This document shows, piece by piece, positions 34,585-44,700 of a DNA stretch of 64,000 bases. How positions within the stretch are numbered: position 1 is the stretch's first letter; the number at the start of each line of letters is the position of its first letter. The stretch covers positions 737 to 64,736 of the IMG/VR virus record IMGVR_UViG_3300044461_000051; one strand, given 5' to 3'. The stretch comes from a virus. Made by a program: the position numbers and the translations under genes. Below the pieces are notes generated by a model that searched no databases, was not told where the DNA came from, and saw only the letters and a list, made by a program, of their open reading frames with translations.

Positions 34585-37500
34585 TTGCGAACCTCGCGCC
34601 TGTTGTCAAGCGTGCGCCGTGTCGCCGTCAGTTCTTCGACGACGAGGTCCGAGTCAGCCGTATTCGCGTCCGCGAGCGCGCCGATGGTCGTAGCCATCGT
34701 CTCGCGTATCACTTCAGCAAGCCACTGAATGTCGTCCGTGGATGCGATGGGCCGGCCGTTCGCAGGCATCGCCGCCGCAAGGACACCGCCGGGACTGAGA
34801 TCCGCCGCGGCGGGAACCACGGGCGGCCCGTCGGGCGGATACGGTAGCCCGGTCGGCGACGTCCCGGCGAGTTGCGCGAGCATCGTCGTGATGAGGTTGA
34901 AGATGTCGGTGTACTGGTCCGACGACTTGAACAGGTCGCGTGCAATGCGCAGATATTGCTCCGCGAATTTCGTGATGCTGCCGAGCGCGTCCTTGTCCCC
35001 CGTCTTCGCCTTATCGAACATGCTGAGGAACTGCTTCTCCGCTTCCTTCAGCCGGTCCATCGGCTTCAGCGGCGACAGCTCGCCGACGGTCAGTCCTTTG
35101 AGCCAGTCCGCAATGCCCTGACGCAGGCGCTCCAGTTCGTTGATCGTCCCTGTGACACCGCCCCCGACGCCATTGACGATCTCGACCCACTTGGCGGTCA
35201 TGATCTTCTCAAGCGCGGCTAGCGCCTCGGCGTTCCCAGCATACAGCGCCTGCTGCTCTGCGTACCAGTTGCCCAGATCCACAAGCGCAGCAGCGCGTTC
35301 CGCGTCGTACTGTGCTGTGAGGATCGTGAAGCGTGCGAGTTGCTCCGCCGCAGAGCCGTTCGCATTCCGCAGCTTGTCGATAAGCTCCAGCAGTGCTTGA
35401 TACTCTGCACTGCCGGGCGTCACGTTGCCCAGACCTGCGGTCACGCGTTCGATCTCGACAGCGATCAGGCGCATCTGCTGCGAGAGCTTGTCGCCCATGT
35501 CGCCGCCCATCTGACCGACGAGTGACGTGATGCCGTCCATGATCCGCGAAAACTCGGAACGCACTTGCTTACCGATGCTTCCGAGGTCAACCACGTTCAC
35601 ATTCGCCAGTTCCTTAACCAGATCCTTCACGGCCCCGTTGACATCGACGAACGCGGGCGCCAGCTTGACCAGCGCGGCATACAGCGTACGCCCCGCATCG
35701 GTTGTACGGTCGATGCCGTCGAGCATCTTCAGGAATGCCTCATGCGAGTCGGGCACCGCAAGCCCTATGTCGGCGAACGCTTCCGCTAGATCAGCAGTCG
35801 CACGCGCAGCGCGATCAGCCTGCGTACGGAAATTCTCGTCGATGAAGTCAAGCCCGCCTGCCAATTCAGCGTCTAGCGCCTCCATCGCCTCCTGCGCAGA
35901 CTGCGCCGTACCGTTGATCACAACGAACGCCTGCGACAATCCGAGCACGGACGTATAGAGTTCACGTCCCGCTTCCGTGGTCAAGTCGAAGCTAGTCAAT
36001 AGCCGCATGAATTCTTCATGCGTCTGCGGCAGCCCCGTCAAGCCGGCGTTCGCCAAATCCTCGATGGTTAGGCCAATCGCTTCAAACGATGCATTGAAAC
36101 TTTCGGTCGCAAGGTTGAACCGTTCTGCATCGGTCAGGAAGTTCTGCGCGAGAAACGCGAACGACTGCGCAACGTTCTGCGCACCACCGAGAGCGTCGAC
36201 AAACGCAATGATGGATGCCGGGTCCAACGCCTCGAGCTGCGGCCCAACGCCCTCCAGCACGCCCCCAAAACTTTGCAACGCAGCGGCGAACGCTAGAACC
36301 TTGTCTGCGGTCTCCTGCGTTGCATCTAGCGCGCTGAGGATGTTGTCACGTACCGCTTCAGGAAGCTCGCGCGTGACATCGTAAATACCGAGCAGCGTAT
36401 TGCTGAAGTTCGCAACCTCTTCAGCCGTACCGGAGAAGCCCTCCATGACGGCACCGAGGGCGGGCGCCAGTTCGTTGAATGCTATCTCGACGACTTGCTG
36501 CAATGCTTCGCCGCCGAACTTCTTGAGGAAGTCCTCGGTGGTAAACGTGCCTTCAAATGCCTCGAAAGTCGTTTCCTGCAGGATCTTCGCGAGCCGGTCC
36601 TGTCCCTCTTCGTCCATCCGGTACGCGAATGCATCGAGCGCGCCGGAGAGCATGTCGGTCAGCGCCTGCGCGACCTCGCCGGAAAAGTACATCGTGTCGA
36701 CGTCGAGGAACCCAACGTCGCCGAGCTTCGACTGACTGACTTGATCATCCTCGAAACCGCCTGCGCCCGGCGCGCGAATACCAATGCGGCCCTTCGTCTC
36801 TGATGGGTCGTCCTTACCGAAGATCGAGTAAAGCGCAATGCCCGCGGCAGCAATCCACCCGACCACGGGGACGGCTGCTAGCACAGCCGACGCAGCGCCC
36901 GCCATAAGCCCGCCCGCACCGCCCAGCGCCGACAACGTTGCAGCAGTACCCGCCATGCCGAAGCCCGCTGTCTGAGCCGCTAATGCTGCCGCCTGCGCTG
37001 CCCCCGCACCGCCGAAAGAAGAGAACAGTCCCGCAGCCGCCGACGAGCCCAAGCCGCCTAGTGCGCCGCCTAGAATGTCGCCCAGTCCACCGCCGCCGCC
37101 AGCGAGCTGGGACAAGAGGCCACCGCCTCCACCTCCGCCCGTAAGCTGAGACGCGATACCCGCCAGCCCGCCGCCACCCTGACCCGAAAGAACTCCCGAC
37201 AGGCTGACGACGATCTCTTGCGCTGCGATCTTCGCGAGCGCGGACAGTGCCCACGATTTGAAGTCTTCCCACAGCCGCTTGAATGCGGATGAGCCATTCT
37301 GAGCGAAGTCTTCGATGAACTCCGCGCCTCGGTTCGTGATGCTTTCGAAGAGGCTCGCCCAGCCGGCCGTCTGCTGCGCAAGAAAGTCCTGCTGCGCCTG
37401 CGCACTATTCCTCAGCGCAAGGTTTGCTTCCAGTCGCTTCTTCGCTAGCTCGCCCTCGTTGATAATGCGCTCGCGGTCGCTTTCCAGTGCATCGGTGCTT

Positions 37501-39074
37501 AGATTATTAAGCGTGCGCTGCACGTCCAGATCAATGCGACGGATCGCCGTCAGTCGCTCTTGCTCTGCGGCAGTCTTCCCGATCAGCGTGATCTGGAAAG
37601 CCATCTCGTCGCTTTCCTCCTGCAGCCGCGAGATGGTCGCGTTTATCGACTCGGCGTCTCTGACGCGGCGCTGCTGCTGTGCCTCGTTGACGCGGTCTAT
37701 GATCTGCTGCAGCTCGGCCTGCTCTTTTGCAAGCCGATCTGCGGCGGCATACTGCTCGTCGAAAGCCGCCGCGGCGTTCAACGTGTTGGTAATCTGCTGG
37801 CGTTGCGATGCGTTGAACGTCGCCCACGCCGGCGAGTCCATAATCTTCCGCAGATTGTCGAGGGCCGGGGTTGCACTGTTGGCCTCCCGGCCGAAGTTGG
37901 CAAGCCGATCCTGCGATGTCTCAAGCACGCGTCGAGCACTAGTCAACGCACCTGCAAACTTGTCTACGCCGCTCGCCGACGTTTTGAAATTCAGCGCCAG
38001 AGTATTTGTCGCGCTCGTGCTCGCGTGCTCCATCTTCCGGAACGCGCCAATCGCCCTTTCGATGTCCCCGGTCGTTTGCTTTGCCATCGCCGCCGCGCTC
38101 GCGACCGATGGGTCGATCATCCCAGGGAGCTGCGTAGCCTTCCCAGTGAATGCGACCTTAAAGAACTCCATGGGAGATGAATCAGCCCATATTTTGAAGT
38201 TCTCGACCGCCTGCTTCAGGAATGCCAGCTCCCCGATGGTCTCGCGGTTCGTTTCCTTGATGGACTGCAGGAAGCCTTCCAGCGGCCCCTTGCCCGACGG
38301 CGATAGATTGGTGACTACTTCACCTAGTTCTTCGAACGACCGAATCAGTTCTATGACCTGCGGGATCAGCGGAAGGATCGCCTCGCGCGTCAGCTTGTTA
38401 ATGCGCTCCTGTAGAAGACCAATCTGGATGTTCAGATTGTCTGCCTGCTTCGCCTGTTCTGTCGTCGTCTCGGAAAGCTGATCTGACAATTGGACATAGT
38501 CGTTTAGGAACGGGATCAACTCAGCGCCCGACCGACCGAGCAGTTGCACCATCGCGGCCGACTTGCCGGCGCCGTCGCTAAACCCTTGCTGCTTGCGCGC
38601 CAGTTCCGCCATCACGTCGCCGGAGTTCTTCAGATTCCCCGATGCGTCGCGAATGTTGATGCCGAACGCCCCGAACGCCTGCGCCGCCCTGCTGCCACCG
38701 TCTTGCGCCTCCACGAGCGACTTCGACAGCCTCGACATGGACGTCTCTACCGAGCCCAAATCCTGCCCAGTAACACGAGCAACGCCGGCGAACTTCGACA
38801 GCGACTCGACACTGGCGCCGGTCTTCTCCGCGAGATCGTCAAGGCTTGCAGCGGCCCTAACAACGCCCACCACGAGATCGGCAATAGCGCGAACACTTAC
38901 GGCACCCGCAAGGCCACCTACAAGCCCAACAATAAACTGCTGACCAACATCGTCCAGAGCCTTGAGCTGATCCGTGAGGCTATTGACGACACCGCCCAAC
39001 CGCTTCATGCCGTCAACAGCCTGCGCAATGTTTGCGCTTACGTCGATGGAGAGATCGGCAACAGACGTAGCCAT
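34581..39074 (-). CDS. Tail tape measure protein
   Basis: About 1497 aa, Ala-rich helical, downstream of the tail chaperones. Confidence 0.92.
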   Translation of the reverse strand: MATSVADLSIDVSANIAQAVDGMKRLGGVVNSLTDQLKALDDVGQQFIVGLVGGLAGAVSVRAIADLVVGVVRAAASLDDLAEKTGASVESLSKFAGVARVTGQDLGSVETSMSRLSKSLVEAQDGGSRAAQAFGAFGINIRDASGNLKNSGDVMAELARKQQGFSDGAGKSAAMVQLLGRSGAELIPFLNDYVQLSDQLSETTTEQAKQADNLNIQIGLLQERINKLTREAILPLIPQVIELIRSFEELGEVVTNLSPSGKGPLEGFLQSIKETNRETIGELAFLKQAVENFKIWADSSPMEFFKVAFTGKATQLPGMIDPSVASAAAMAKQTTGDIERAIGAFRKMEHASTSATNTLALNFKTSASGVDKFAGALTSARRVLETSQDRLANFGREANSATPALDNLRKIMDSPAWATFNASQRQQITNTLNAAAAFDEQYAAADRLAKEQAELQQIIDRVNEAQQQRRVRDAESINATISRLQEESDEMAFQITLIGKTAAEQERLTAIRRIDLDVQRTLNNLSTDALESDRERIINEGELAKKRLEANLALRNSAQAQQDFLAQQTAGWASLFESITNRGAEFIEDFAQNGSSAFKRLWEDFKSWALSALAKIAAQEIVVSLSGVLSGQGGGGLAGIASQLTGGGGGGGLLSQLAGGGGGLGDILGGALGGLGSSAAAGLFSSFGGAGAAQAAALAAQTAGFGMAGTAATLSALGGAGGLMAGAASAVLAAVPVVGWIAAAGIALYSIFGKDDPSETKGRIGIRAPGAGGFEDDQVSQSKLGDVGFLDVDTMYFSGEVAQALTDMLSGALDAFAYRMDEEGQDRLAKILQETTFEAFEGTFTTEDFLKKFGGEALQQVVEIAFNELAPALGAVMEGFSGTAEEVANFSNTLLGIYDVTRELPEAVRDNILSALDATQETADKVLAFAAALQSFGGVLEGVGPQLEALDPASIIAFVDALGGAQNVAQSFAFLAQNFLTDAERFNLATESFNASFEAIGLTIEDLANAGLTGLPQTHEEFMRLLTSFDLTTEAGRELYTSVLGLSQAFVVINGTAQSAQEAMEALDAELAGGLDFIDENFRTQADRAARATADLAEAFADIGLAVPDSHEAFLKMLDGIDRTTDAGRTLYAALVKLAPAFVDVNGAVKDLVKELANVNVVDLGSIGKQVRSEFSRIMDGITSLVGQMGGDMGDKLSQQMRLIAVEIERVTAGLGNVTPGSAEYQALLELIDKLRNANGSAAEQLARFTILTAQYDAERAAALVDLGNWYAEQQALYAGNAEALAALEKIMTAKWVEIVNGVGGGVTGTINELERLRQGIADWLKGLTVGELSPLKPMDRLKEAEKQFLSMFDKAKTGDKDALGSITKFAEQYLRIARDLFKSSDQYTDIFNLITTMLAQLAGTSPTGLPYPPDGPPVVPAAADLSPGGVLAAAMPANGRPIASTDDIQWLAEVIRETMATTIGALADANTADSDLVVEELTATRRTLDNRREVRK

Positions 39075-39077
39075 CAA

Positions 39078-39443
39078 CTATTCCTTCACTCGTGCACCAG
39101 ACTTACGGAACAACCAAGCCATCAACGCCGGGTCCATCTTCGCGCCTTTGCCATCAGCCGTGCGCCGCGCCTCTGCTGCCACCTCATCAGCTTTTGCGAA
39201 CAACATGAAGTCCTTAAGCTCAAACGCCTGAGGGTGTTTCTTCACGTCGCGGTTACTGTTTGCCAGGATCGCGGCGATCTGTGCCGACCGAACATCCGCC
39301 CGCCACTCACCCCACGGTTCCGCCTCATAGTAAGAGCCCCAGCCCACCAGCTCACGGTAGGTGATCGAGTCGAGCAGCTCGTCGACCGTACGCCCAAGTG
39401 CAAGGGCTAAACGGAATAGGAACCGCTCGCTCGGCTCTAGGAC
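39078..39443 (-). CDS. Tail assembly chaperone gpT-like segment, expressed by -1 frameshift
   Basis: -1 frame reads VLEPSERFLFRLALALGRTVDELLDSITYREL..W..YY..EPWG; no own ATG. Confidence 0.8.
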   Translation of the reverse strand, partial: VLEPSERFLFRLALALGRTVDELLDSITYRELVGWGSYYEAEPWGEWRADVRSAQIAAILANSNRDVKKHPQAFELKDFMLFAKADEVAAEARRTADGKGAKMDPALMAWLFRKSGARVKE

Positions 39444-39739
39444 TTTTTTTCGGTCAACTCCTTCAGCCCAATCTTCTGCTGCACAAGTTCAGAGACCTTA
39501 TGCATCGCCGTCAATCTCATGTCGAGCAGCTCGTCGACCTCGGCTTCACTGATCGCAGTGCCGTCCTGGTGAACGACATAACGCGAAAACAACTCCTTGG
39601 CATTGTCGACTGCGGAGGCGTCCTTCTTCTGCCTCGCCGCAGACTGCAGGATCTCGCGACCCGAGGGCTCGCGAACATAAAACGCGAACTTCTCGTCTCC
39701 CTCTTCGATTTCGCAGGGATGAATTTTTGGCTTGAACAT
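39437..39739 (-). CDS. Tail assembly chaperone gpG-like
   Basis: After the major tail gene; ends in slippery A AAA AAG (39443-39449). Confidence 0.85.
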   Translation of the reverse strand: MFKPKIHPCEIEEGDEKFAFYVREPSGREILQSAARQKKDASAVDNAKELFSRYVVHQDGTAISEAEVDELLDMRLTAMHKVSELVQQKIGLKELTEKKS

Positions 39740-39796
39740 TTTGAAACTCCTCGGACGAATGGGCGAGCTTATCCCGCTCGCCCGAGGAACTCAGGC

Positions 39797-40243
39797 TTAC
39801 AGGACTCCTACGTACGCCACGCCGCCGCTCGTTTGCAGCGTGATGTTCAGCGACACCTTCGCGTCGACCGCGTCGGCCAGTGACCAACGGGTCACGATGC
39901 CGTCGAAGTCGAACGTGTGAAACGTCGTGCGCGCCGAACTCGTTGGAATCTGAATCCGGAACGGCTGCGGATCTGCCGACGCATTGAACAGATCGAACAT
40001 CTCCATCTGCACGGTCTCCGCTGTGAAGTTGCACGCCAGCGTGATCGTGCCATTGTCCGCGAGGCCCGGCAGGTACTCTTTCCGAGTCGAGCCGAGATGC
40101 GAAACATCGATGAGGTTCAGGGTGCCGTCCGGTCCGCCGATCGACGTTACTTCCTCGATCTCGGCGTACACGAGCGGCGACGGGTTGGGCGATGCAGAAA
40201 CATCTGCCCACAGAATCTTGCTGCCCTGCGAGTTGATGGCCAT
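39797..40243 (-). CDS. Major tail (tube) protein
   Basis: IDVSHLGS..KEYLPGLADNG motif; position. Confidence 0.88.
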   Translation of the reverse strand: MAINSQGSKILWADVSASPNPSPLVYAEIEEVTSIGGPDGTLNLIDVSHLGSTRKEYLPGLADNGTITLACNFTAETVQMEMFDLFNASADPQPFRIQIPTSSARTTFHTFDFDGIVTRWSLADAVDAKVSLNITLQTSGGVAYVGVL

Positions 40244-40351
40244 GTCGGCTCCTCAGAAATGACTGGGGAAGCGGCGACCATCTGCGGGGCATTGACTGCG
40301 CGGCAGATAAGCGTGCCCAGATTCGGTACTGCGGTGCGACGAACGCGCAGC

Positions 40352-40477
40352 CTATGCGGCGGGACGTTCGTCGCTATCAGTTTTCTTGCGGTCCTCCAGG
40401 TAGCGTTTCCATGCGTTGAGAACCATCTGCAACGCGCGGATGATGACTTCGTGCAACAGCGCCTCGTGCGGCCTCAT
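40352..40477 (-). CDS. Small hypothetical protein (41 aa)
   Basis: ATGA-coupled; MRPHEALLHEVIIRALQMVLNAWKRYLE. Confidence 0.5.
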   Translation of the reverse strand: MRPHEALLHEVIIRALQMVLNAWKRYLEDRKKTDSDERPAA

Positions 40478-40665
40478 TGGTGAATAGGCACCCACAGCAC
40501 CTGTGGAGTCGCGTCTGCGAACGTTGTCACATCGATTGGCGCCGACTTGCAATGTGGTGCGCCGCACCCGTTGCACCGTCCATCAGTGGGCTGATCGCAT
40601 CGCCCGCAATGCGCGCACGCCATACCGGCAGCAGGCTTCCCATCATTATCGCGTTTCATGATCAT
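40474..40665 (-). CDS. Small Zn-finger protein
   Basis: CAHC...CNGC; ATGA-coupled. Confidence 0.55.
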   Translation of the reverse strand: MIMKRDNDGKPAAGMACAHCGRCDQPTDGRCNGCGAPHCKSAPIDVTTFADATPQVLWVPIHQ

Positions 40666-41024
40666 GTTTCGAAGTGCACCGAATACTCAAACGACGTCCG
40701 ATACATCTCAGTGTCCGGCTCATAAGTTGGCGCACCAGAGACGTCAACGCGAGCGACAGTAAAATCAGGAGCGGCAAGCATCATCTGCTTTGCGGTCTCC
40801 ATTGTCTGCGCCGCACCAAGTCGTGTGCGCGCCCACGCATCGATCTGAACAAGCCGACGCGCAGTTCCTGCGTCGCCCGTCAAGTGAATGTCATCCTCGC
40901 CTCCCACGATGATGTAGGTCACCAGCGGCAAGGTCGGATACTGCGGCATCAGGTCTGGGTACGCGCGCAGTGGCGCCGGACTTCCTGCCGTCAGTGCAGC
41001 AAACACTTTTTCCTCGATCGTCAT
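40662..41024 (-). CDS. Tail terminator (DUF3168-like)
   Basis: YPDLMP..P..P..TY, VQIDAWA; position. Confidence 0.8.
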   Translation of the reverse strand: MTIEEKVFAALTAGSPAPLRAYPDLMPQYPTLPLVTYIIVGGEDDIHLTGDAGTARRLVQIDAWARTRLGAAQTMETAKQMMLAAPDFTVARVDVSGAPTYEPDTEMYRTSFEYSVHFET

Positions 41025-41506
41025 CGCCGCTTCGCCGCGTTTTCAATGCCCTTGGCCATCCGCGCCTTGAAAACGTCAAGAGCCTTATTCACGTTGGGAC
41101 CAAACGACGGGCGCATAAACGGATGGGCATTCATCTTCGACGTCCCAAACTCAAGGAAACGACCATAGAACGCGGGACCCTCAACCTCGAAACGCTTCCC
41201 GACTCTACGCTTGCGACGATTCGCCCGTGTGTTGCCATACTGCTGCTTCTTCGCTGACTTGACCCTGACGCCATACCGTACCATGAACTGCCCATCAGTG
41301 CGGCGCTTGTTCACCACCATGTTCGTCTCTAGCGTGTGCGTCCTGCTTATCGGTTTCGGCCCAGCGTTCAAACGCTGCTTGACTGCGTCACGGAACACCG
41401 CAGCCGCCGCCCGCGTCGCGTTGCGCTGCTCGTTCGCGGCAAGCTTAGGACCAAACTCGAGGAGCTGCTTCTGAAGTTCCGCAAAGCCCGCCAGTTTGAT
41501 ATGCAT
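41021..41506 (-). CDS. HK97 gp10-like tail completion protein
   Basis: YGRFLEFGTSKMNAHPFMRP. Confidence 0.9.
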   Translation of the reverse strand: MHIKLAGFAELQKQLLEFGPKLAANEQRNATRAAAAVFRDAVKQRLNAGPKPISRTHTLETNMVVNKRRTDGQFMVRYGVRVKSAKKQQYGNTRANRRKRRVGKRFEVEGPAFYGRFLEFGTSKMNAHPFMRPSFGPNVNKALDVFKARMAKGIENAAKRR

Positions 41507-42072
41507 CAGAGAGCCTCCTCCAAAGGCATCATCGGGAACGCCTTCAGCGCGCTCCTCGGCGTGCAGTTGATGATCTCGATGCCACGCTCACGAGCAGCGC
41601 TACCCAGCACCGGGAACCGAGCAATCCAGTCCCGACGCGTGCCACCGACATTGTCGCCATGCCAGTGTCCGCCGCTCATGTCGAACCCCGTCAACAGAAT
41701 GCGCGCAGCCCCGGTATGAATCGCGCTGTGCACCGCTTGGTAGCCACTGTTATTTCCTGTCCTGATACACGTCGGGTCCGGATCGAAGCCGTCGATGCCC
41801 GTGTTCCGCAGTCGCTTGACCTCGGGCGCATTCGCTTCGATCGTCACCTTCATCCCCGCGAACCGTATCGCGTCCGGATGCGACATCCACCAGCGCCAGT
41901 CTGCAGCATGAAGCATCCACGCCCACGGCGCGAGACGGAACGTCGTATTCACGACGATCGCCGGGTGCCCAGACTCATGAACCTTTGCCGCGACATCCCG
42001 GCTCATGCTCGGACCCGATGCCATCACGACAACTGTCCCGCCAGAAAAGGCACGAGGAACTGCCCACGTCAT
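41506..42072 (-). CDS. Maf/DUF115 (CstII-like) glycosyltransferase-fold protein 2
   Basis: VMASGPSM, IVVNTTF, NSGYQAV, GAARILLTGFDM. Confidence 0.65.
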   Translation of the reverse strand: MTWAVPRAFSGGTVVVMASGPSMSRDVAAKVHESGHPAIVVNTTFRLAPWAWMLHAADWRWWMSHPDAIRFAGMKVTIEANAPEVKRLRNTGIDGFDPDPTCIRTGNNSGYQAVHSAIHTGAARILLTGFDMSGGHWHGDNVGGTRRDWIARFPVLGSAARERGIEIINCTPRSALKAFPMMPLEEAL

Positions 42073-42422
42073 GGCACCGCCGGATACTCGATGCATAGAA
42101 ATTCAAATTCACGATTGCGTTCGCGAACGTTGTTAGGCATCCCCGCAAGCTGAAATATGCGAATCCCAAAAACTATCCGCCACGTCTCATCCATACTATT
42201 GAGCAGCGTGGTGTAAAGCATCCGAATGCGATGCGACGACGTTGCCTGCACCTGCGCACTCACGAAGCGCTCCACGGATCGCTCTCGGGCTGTTAGTTGC
42301 TCGATCGACGCCTTGACCGTCACAACATCAACCCAATCGATTATCGGCTGACCCGCTGAATCCTGCCCGGTTGTGTCGGGCCGCTGGATGATAATGGTGT
42401 GTTTAAGCGGTCCGTGCTTCAT
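42069..42422 (-). CDS. Head closure / head-tail adaptor (SPP1 gp16-like)
   Basis: GPLKHTIIIQ, D.AGQP, WRIVF..RIF; position. Confidence 0.85.
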   Translation of the reverse strand: MKHGPLKHTIIIQRPDTTGQDSAGQPIIDWVDVVTVKASIEQLTARERSVERFVSAQVQATSSHRIRMLYTTLLNSMDETWRIVFGIRIFQLAGMPNNVRERNREFEFLCIEYPAVP

Positions 42423-43245
42423 CGCTTATCCCTAATGGAAGGGCATCGATCACTTTTGCTGCATCACAGTCGAAGGTCATAGCGTGAAAGATCGTCCGCA
42501 CGCTCATCGGCTTGCACCAAGTATAGAGCATCGACCGCAGCTTTGGAAAGTACACCATGAGCTGCGGCACGTTGTAATTTTCGGCCAGCACATTCAACCC
42601 AGATTGATAGCCGAAAAAGTACCGCGAGCGACGAATGATGTCCAGTGTCTGCTCCAGAGGGGAGCCCACATAGACCACAACTTCATGGCGCAATGCAAGT
42701 ATGCGGTGGACTTCGCTTTGTACGGCTCGATCCCATTCAGCACCGATCAACGCAATCCTAGCCACCCCTAACCGCCGCGCCAGATACATCGCATGCTTTG
42801 CCCACACGTCGGGCTTCCACACGTTGATGGACTTTGCGCCCGCTACAAAAAGGCAAAGGTAGTCCTCCCTTTCAACGCTCGCGGGTAGTCCTAGGTCAAC
42901 GAACTCATCTAGTTTTGAATGTGCATCTATGTCGCGAAGATTGACACCCGCCTCGAGCGGCGCATTGACCGTATAGTCCACCGGATTTCTTGCACCGATA
43001 ACACTCTGAACACTGAACCGACTGCGCGCCAGTCGTTGATACTCTGACCTTGGCACCTTGCGAAACATCACTTGCCGCACCTTCGGCAGCATCCTGCAAA
43101 ACGCCTCCGACCGACGCTGCACTGTGTTGTTCGGATCAACACAATAAATGTTCAGCGACAACGTGTCGCAATAGGGTGCGAGTTTCTGATAGACCCAGAA
43201 GATGTCCCCGATCCCCTGCACCGTGTTGACGACGAATTGGCTCAT
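42403..43245 (-). CDS. GT9-like (GT-B) glycosyltransferase 2
   Basis: QGIGD; LEQT..II..S.YFFGYQSGLNVLA....VP. Confidence 0.7.
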   Translation of the reverse strand: MSQFVVNTVQGIGDIFWVYQKLAPYCDTLSLNIYCVDPNNTVQRRSEAFCRMLPKVRQVMFRKVPRSEYQRLARSRFSVQSVIGARNPVDYTVNAPLEAGVNLRDIDAHSKLDEFVDLGLPASVEREDYLCLFVAGAKSINVWKPDVWAKHAMYLARRLGVARIALIGAEWDRAVQSEVHRILALRHEVVVYVGSPLEQTLDIIRRSRYFFGYQSGLNVLAENYNVPQLMVYFPKLRSMLYTWCKPMSVRTIFHAMTFDCDAAKVIDALPLGISDEARTA

Positions 43246-43886
43246 GTCCGCACAAAGGCATAACTGCGAATGTCCTCGCGACCTATTCTGCGCTCGTCGC
43301 CGTTAGACTCCAAGCACTGCCATCCGCACCTAGCCATGAACCAAATGAGGCCACGCTCGGTCCAATACCAACAATGCTCGGCCTTCTTGTAATGCTTGCT
43401 GCGAATGACATGATCAGGACCACTGAAGATTGGCAGCGAAGTCACCACGAGTTTGCGCACGTTGTTAAGCAACGGTATCGGATCGTGAATGTGCTCCAAA
43501 CAGTCCCAGATCGTAGCAACGTCGATTGGTTGCTTATAGGGATCGACAAAAAGCCCGCGTTCCTTGAGCCACGACACACTGTCAGGAGTTACATCGTAAC
43601 CTAAGCAGCCCGGCAAAGACTCAATGAACGTCCCGGCACCTACACCAATATCAACCACTCCCGTACCGTTCGGCCAATGACGCTTCAGCATCGTGATGCG
43701 GCACGCATTGAGCTTCCGTCCGATCGAAGTATCGGCCAGCTTTGAATAGTGGGCGAAGTACCCAGCATCCGCAGGCGATGCAGTGACATTGAAGAAGCCA
43801 AAGCCGAATTCAGGAAGCCATTGCAACTGACCGTCTCGCAGCGAGTCCCATCGCCCAGTCGTCGATCTGCCTGTCAATTGTTCCAA
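43242..43886 (-). CDS. Class I SAM-dependent methyltransferase
   Basis: VDIGVGAG motif I, WDCLEHI; start uncertain (TTG 43886 chosen). Confidence 0.8.
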   Translation of the reverse strand: MEQLTGRSTTGRWDSLRDGQLQWLPEFGFGFFNVTASPADAGYFAHYSKLADTSIGRKLNACRITMLKRHWPNGTGVVDIGVGAGTFIESLPGCLGYDVTPDSVSWLKERGLFVDPYKQPIDVATIWDCLEHIHDPIPLLNNVRKLVVTSLPIFSGPDHVIRSKHYKKAEHCWYWTERGLIWFMARCGWQCLESNGDERRIGREDIRSYAFVRT

Positions 43887-44700
43887 TGCGCTTGTCGCAA
43901 CCGTGATTTCTGTTTCCGCACTCGCAGAAGTGGTCGGGAATAGCATGATGAACGAGGTCAGTTGGCATTCTAGGGTCAAAGATTCGGCGCGGTCCGTCGT
44001 ACGTTCCGCAGCCACCGTAAATCAAGAACAATGGAACACGATACGCAACAGCGACAGGAACAGCCCACCCCACCCCCGCTACAACACCCGCGGCACCGGC
44101 AATGAGCGCCATCAATTGTTCTGCACGTAGCTCGCCCGCATGGAACGTTTCGTCCGCATACGGCAACGGTAACAAGGGCCACTCTACATTCAAGGCTAGC
44201 GACGCAACACTGACAATCCGAAAGTGATCCCGAAGTTTCTCCGCTGCAAGTGCTAAGTAATCCGGCATCGGGTTACGTGCCGGCATCGGTGACTCTCGAC
44301 GTATCGTGGCGGGACGTACCACGATGTATGAAGATTTACCCATCGGTGAGAAGTCTGGAAGATCAAACGTAATTGTTTTTGAAACAACGCGAACCGATTC
44401 CATCATCGCGGACAGGATTGAATCTGTCGCGCCACGATAACTGACCTTCCTCTCTTGAGCACGTTTAGGTGCCGCGTGCCATTTCAAGTCAGGACGAGCC
44501 AGGTTCCTATTTTGCATGTGCAGCCGTGTGCCCGCAGCACGAATGCACCTGATTGGCAAATCAGTAACAAGTTGAGGCCACGGAGTTTCTAGATAAAGAT
44601 CAAAGTGCCCTACCAATTCGCGAATCACTGCCCTTTGGTATACGCAATCTCCAAGTCCCCGCATGCCTCGGATAAGGAGCGCGGTTGCACTGCGGCCCAT
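43810..44700 (-). CDS. GT9-like (heptosyltransferase-fold) glycosyltransferase 1
   Basis: RGLGD; LMALIAGAAGVVAG..WAVPVAVAYRVPLFLIYG. Confidence 0.7.
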   Translation of the reverse strand: MGRSATALLIRGMRGLGDCVYQRAVIRELVGHFDLYLETPWPQLVTDLPIRCIRAAGTRLHMQNRNLARPDLKWHAAPKRAQERKVSYRGATDSILSAMMESVRVVSKTITFDLPDFSPMGKSSYIVVRPATIRRESPMPARNPMPDYLALAAEKLRDHFRIVSVASLALNVEWPLLPLPYADETFHAGELRAEQLMALIAGAAGVVAGVGWAVPVAVAYRVPLFLIYGGCGTYDGPRRIFDPRMPTDLVHHAIPDHFCECGNRNHGCDKRIGTIDRQIDDWAMGLAARRSVAMAS

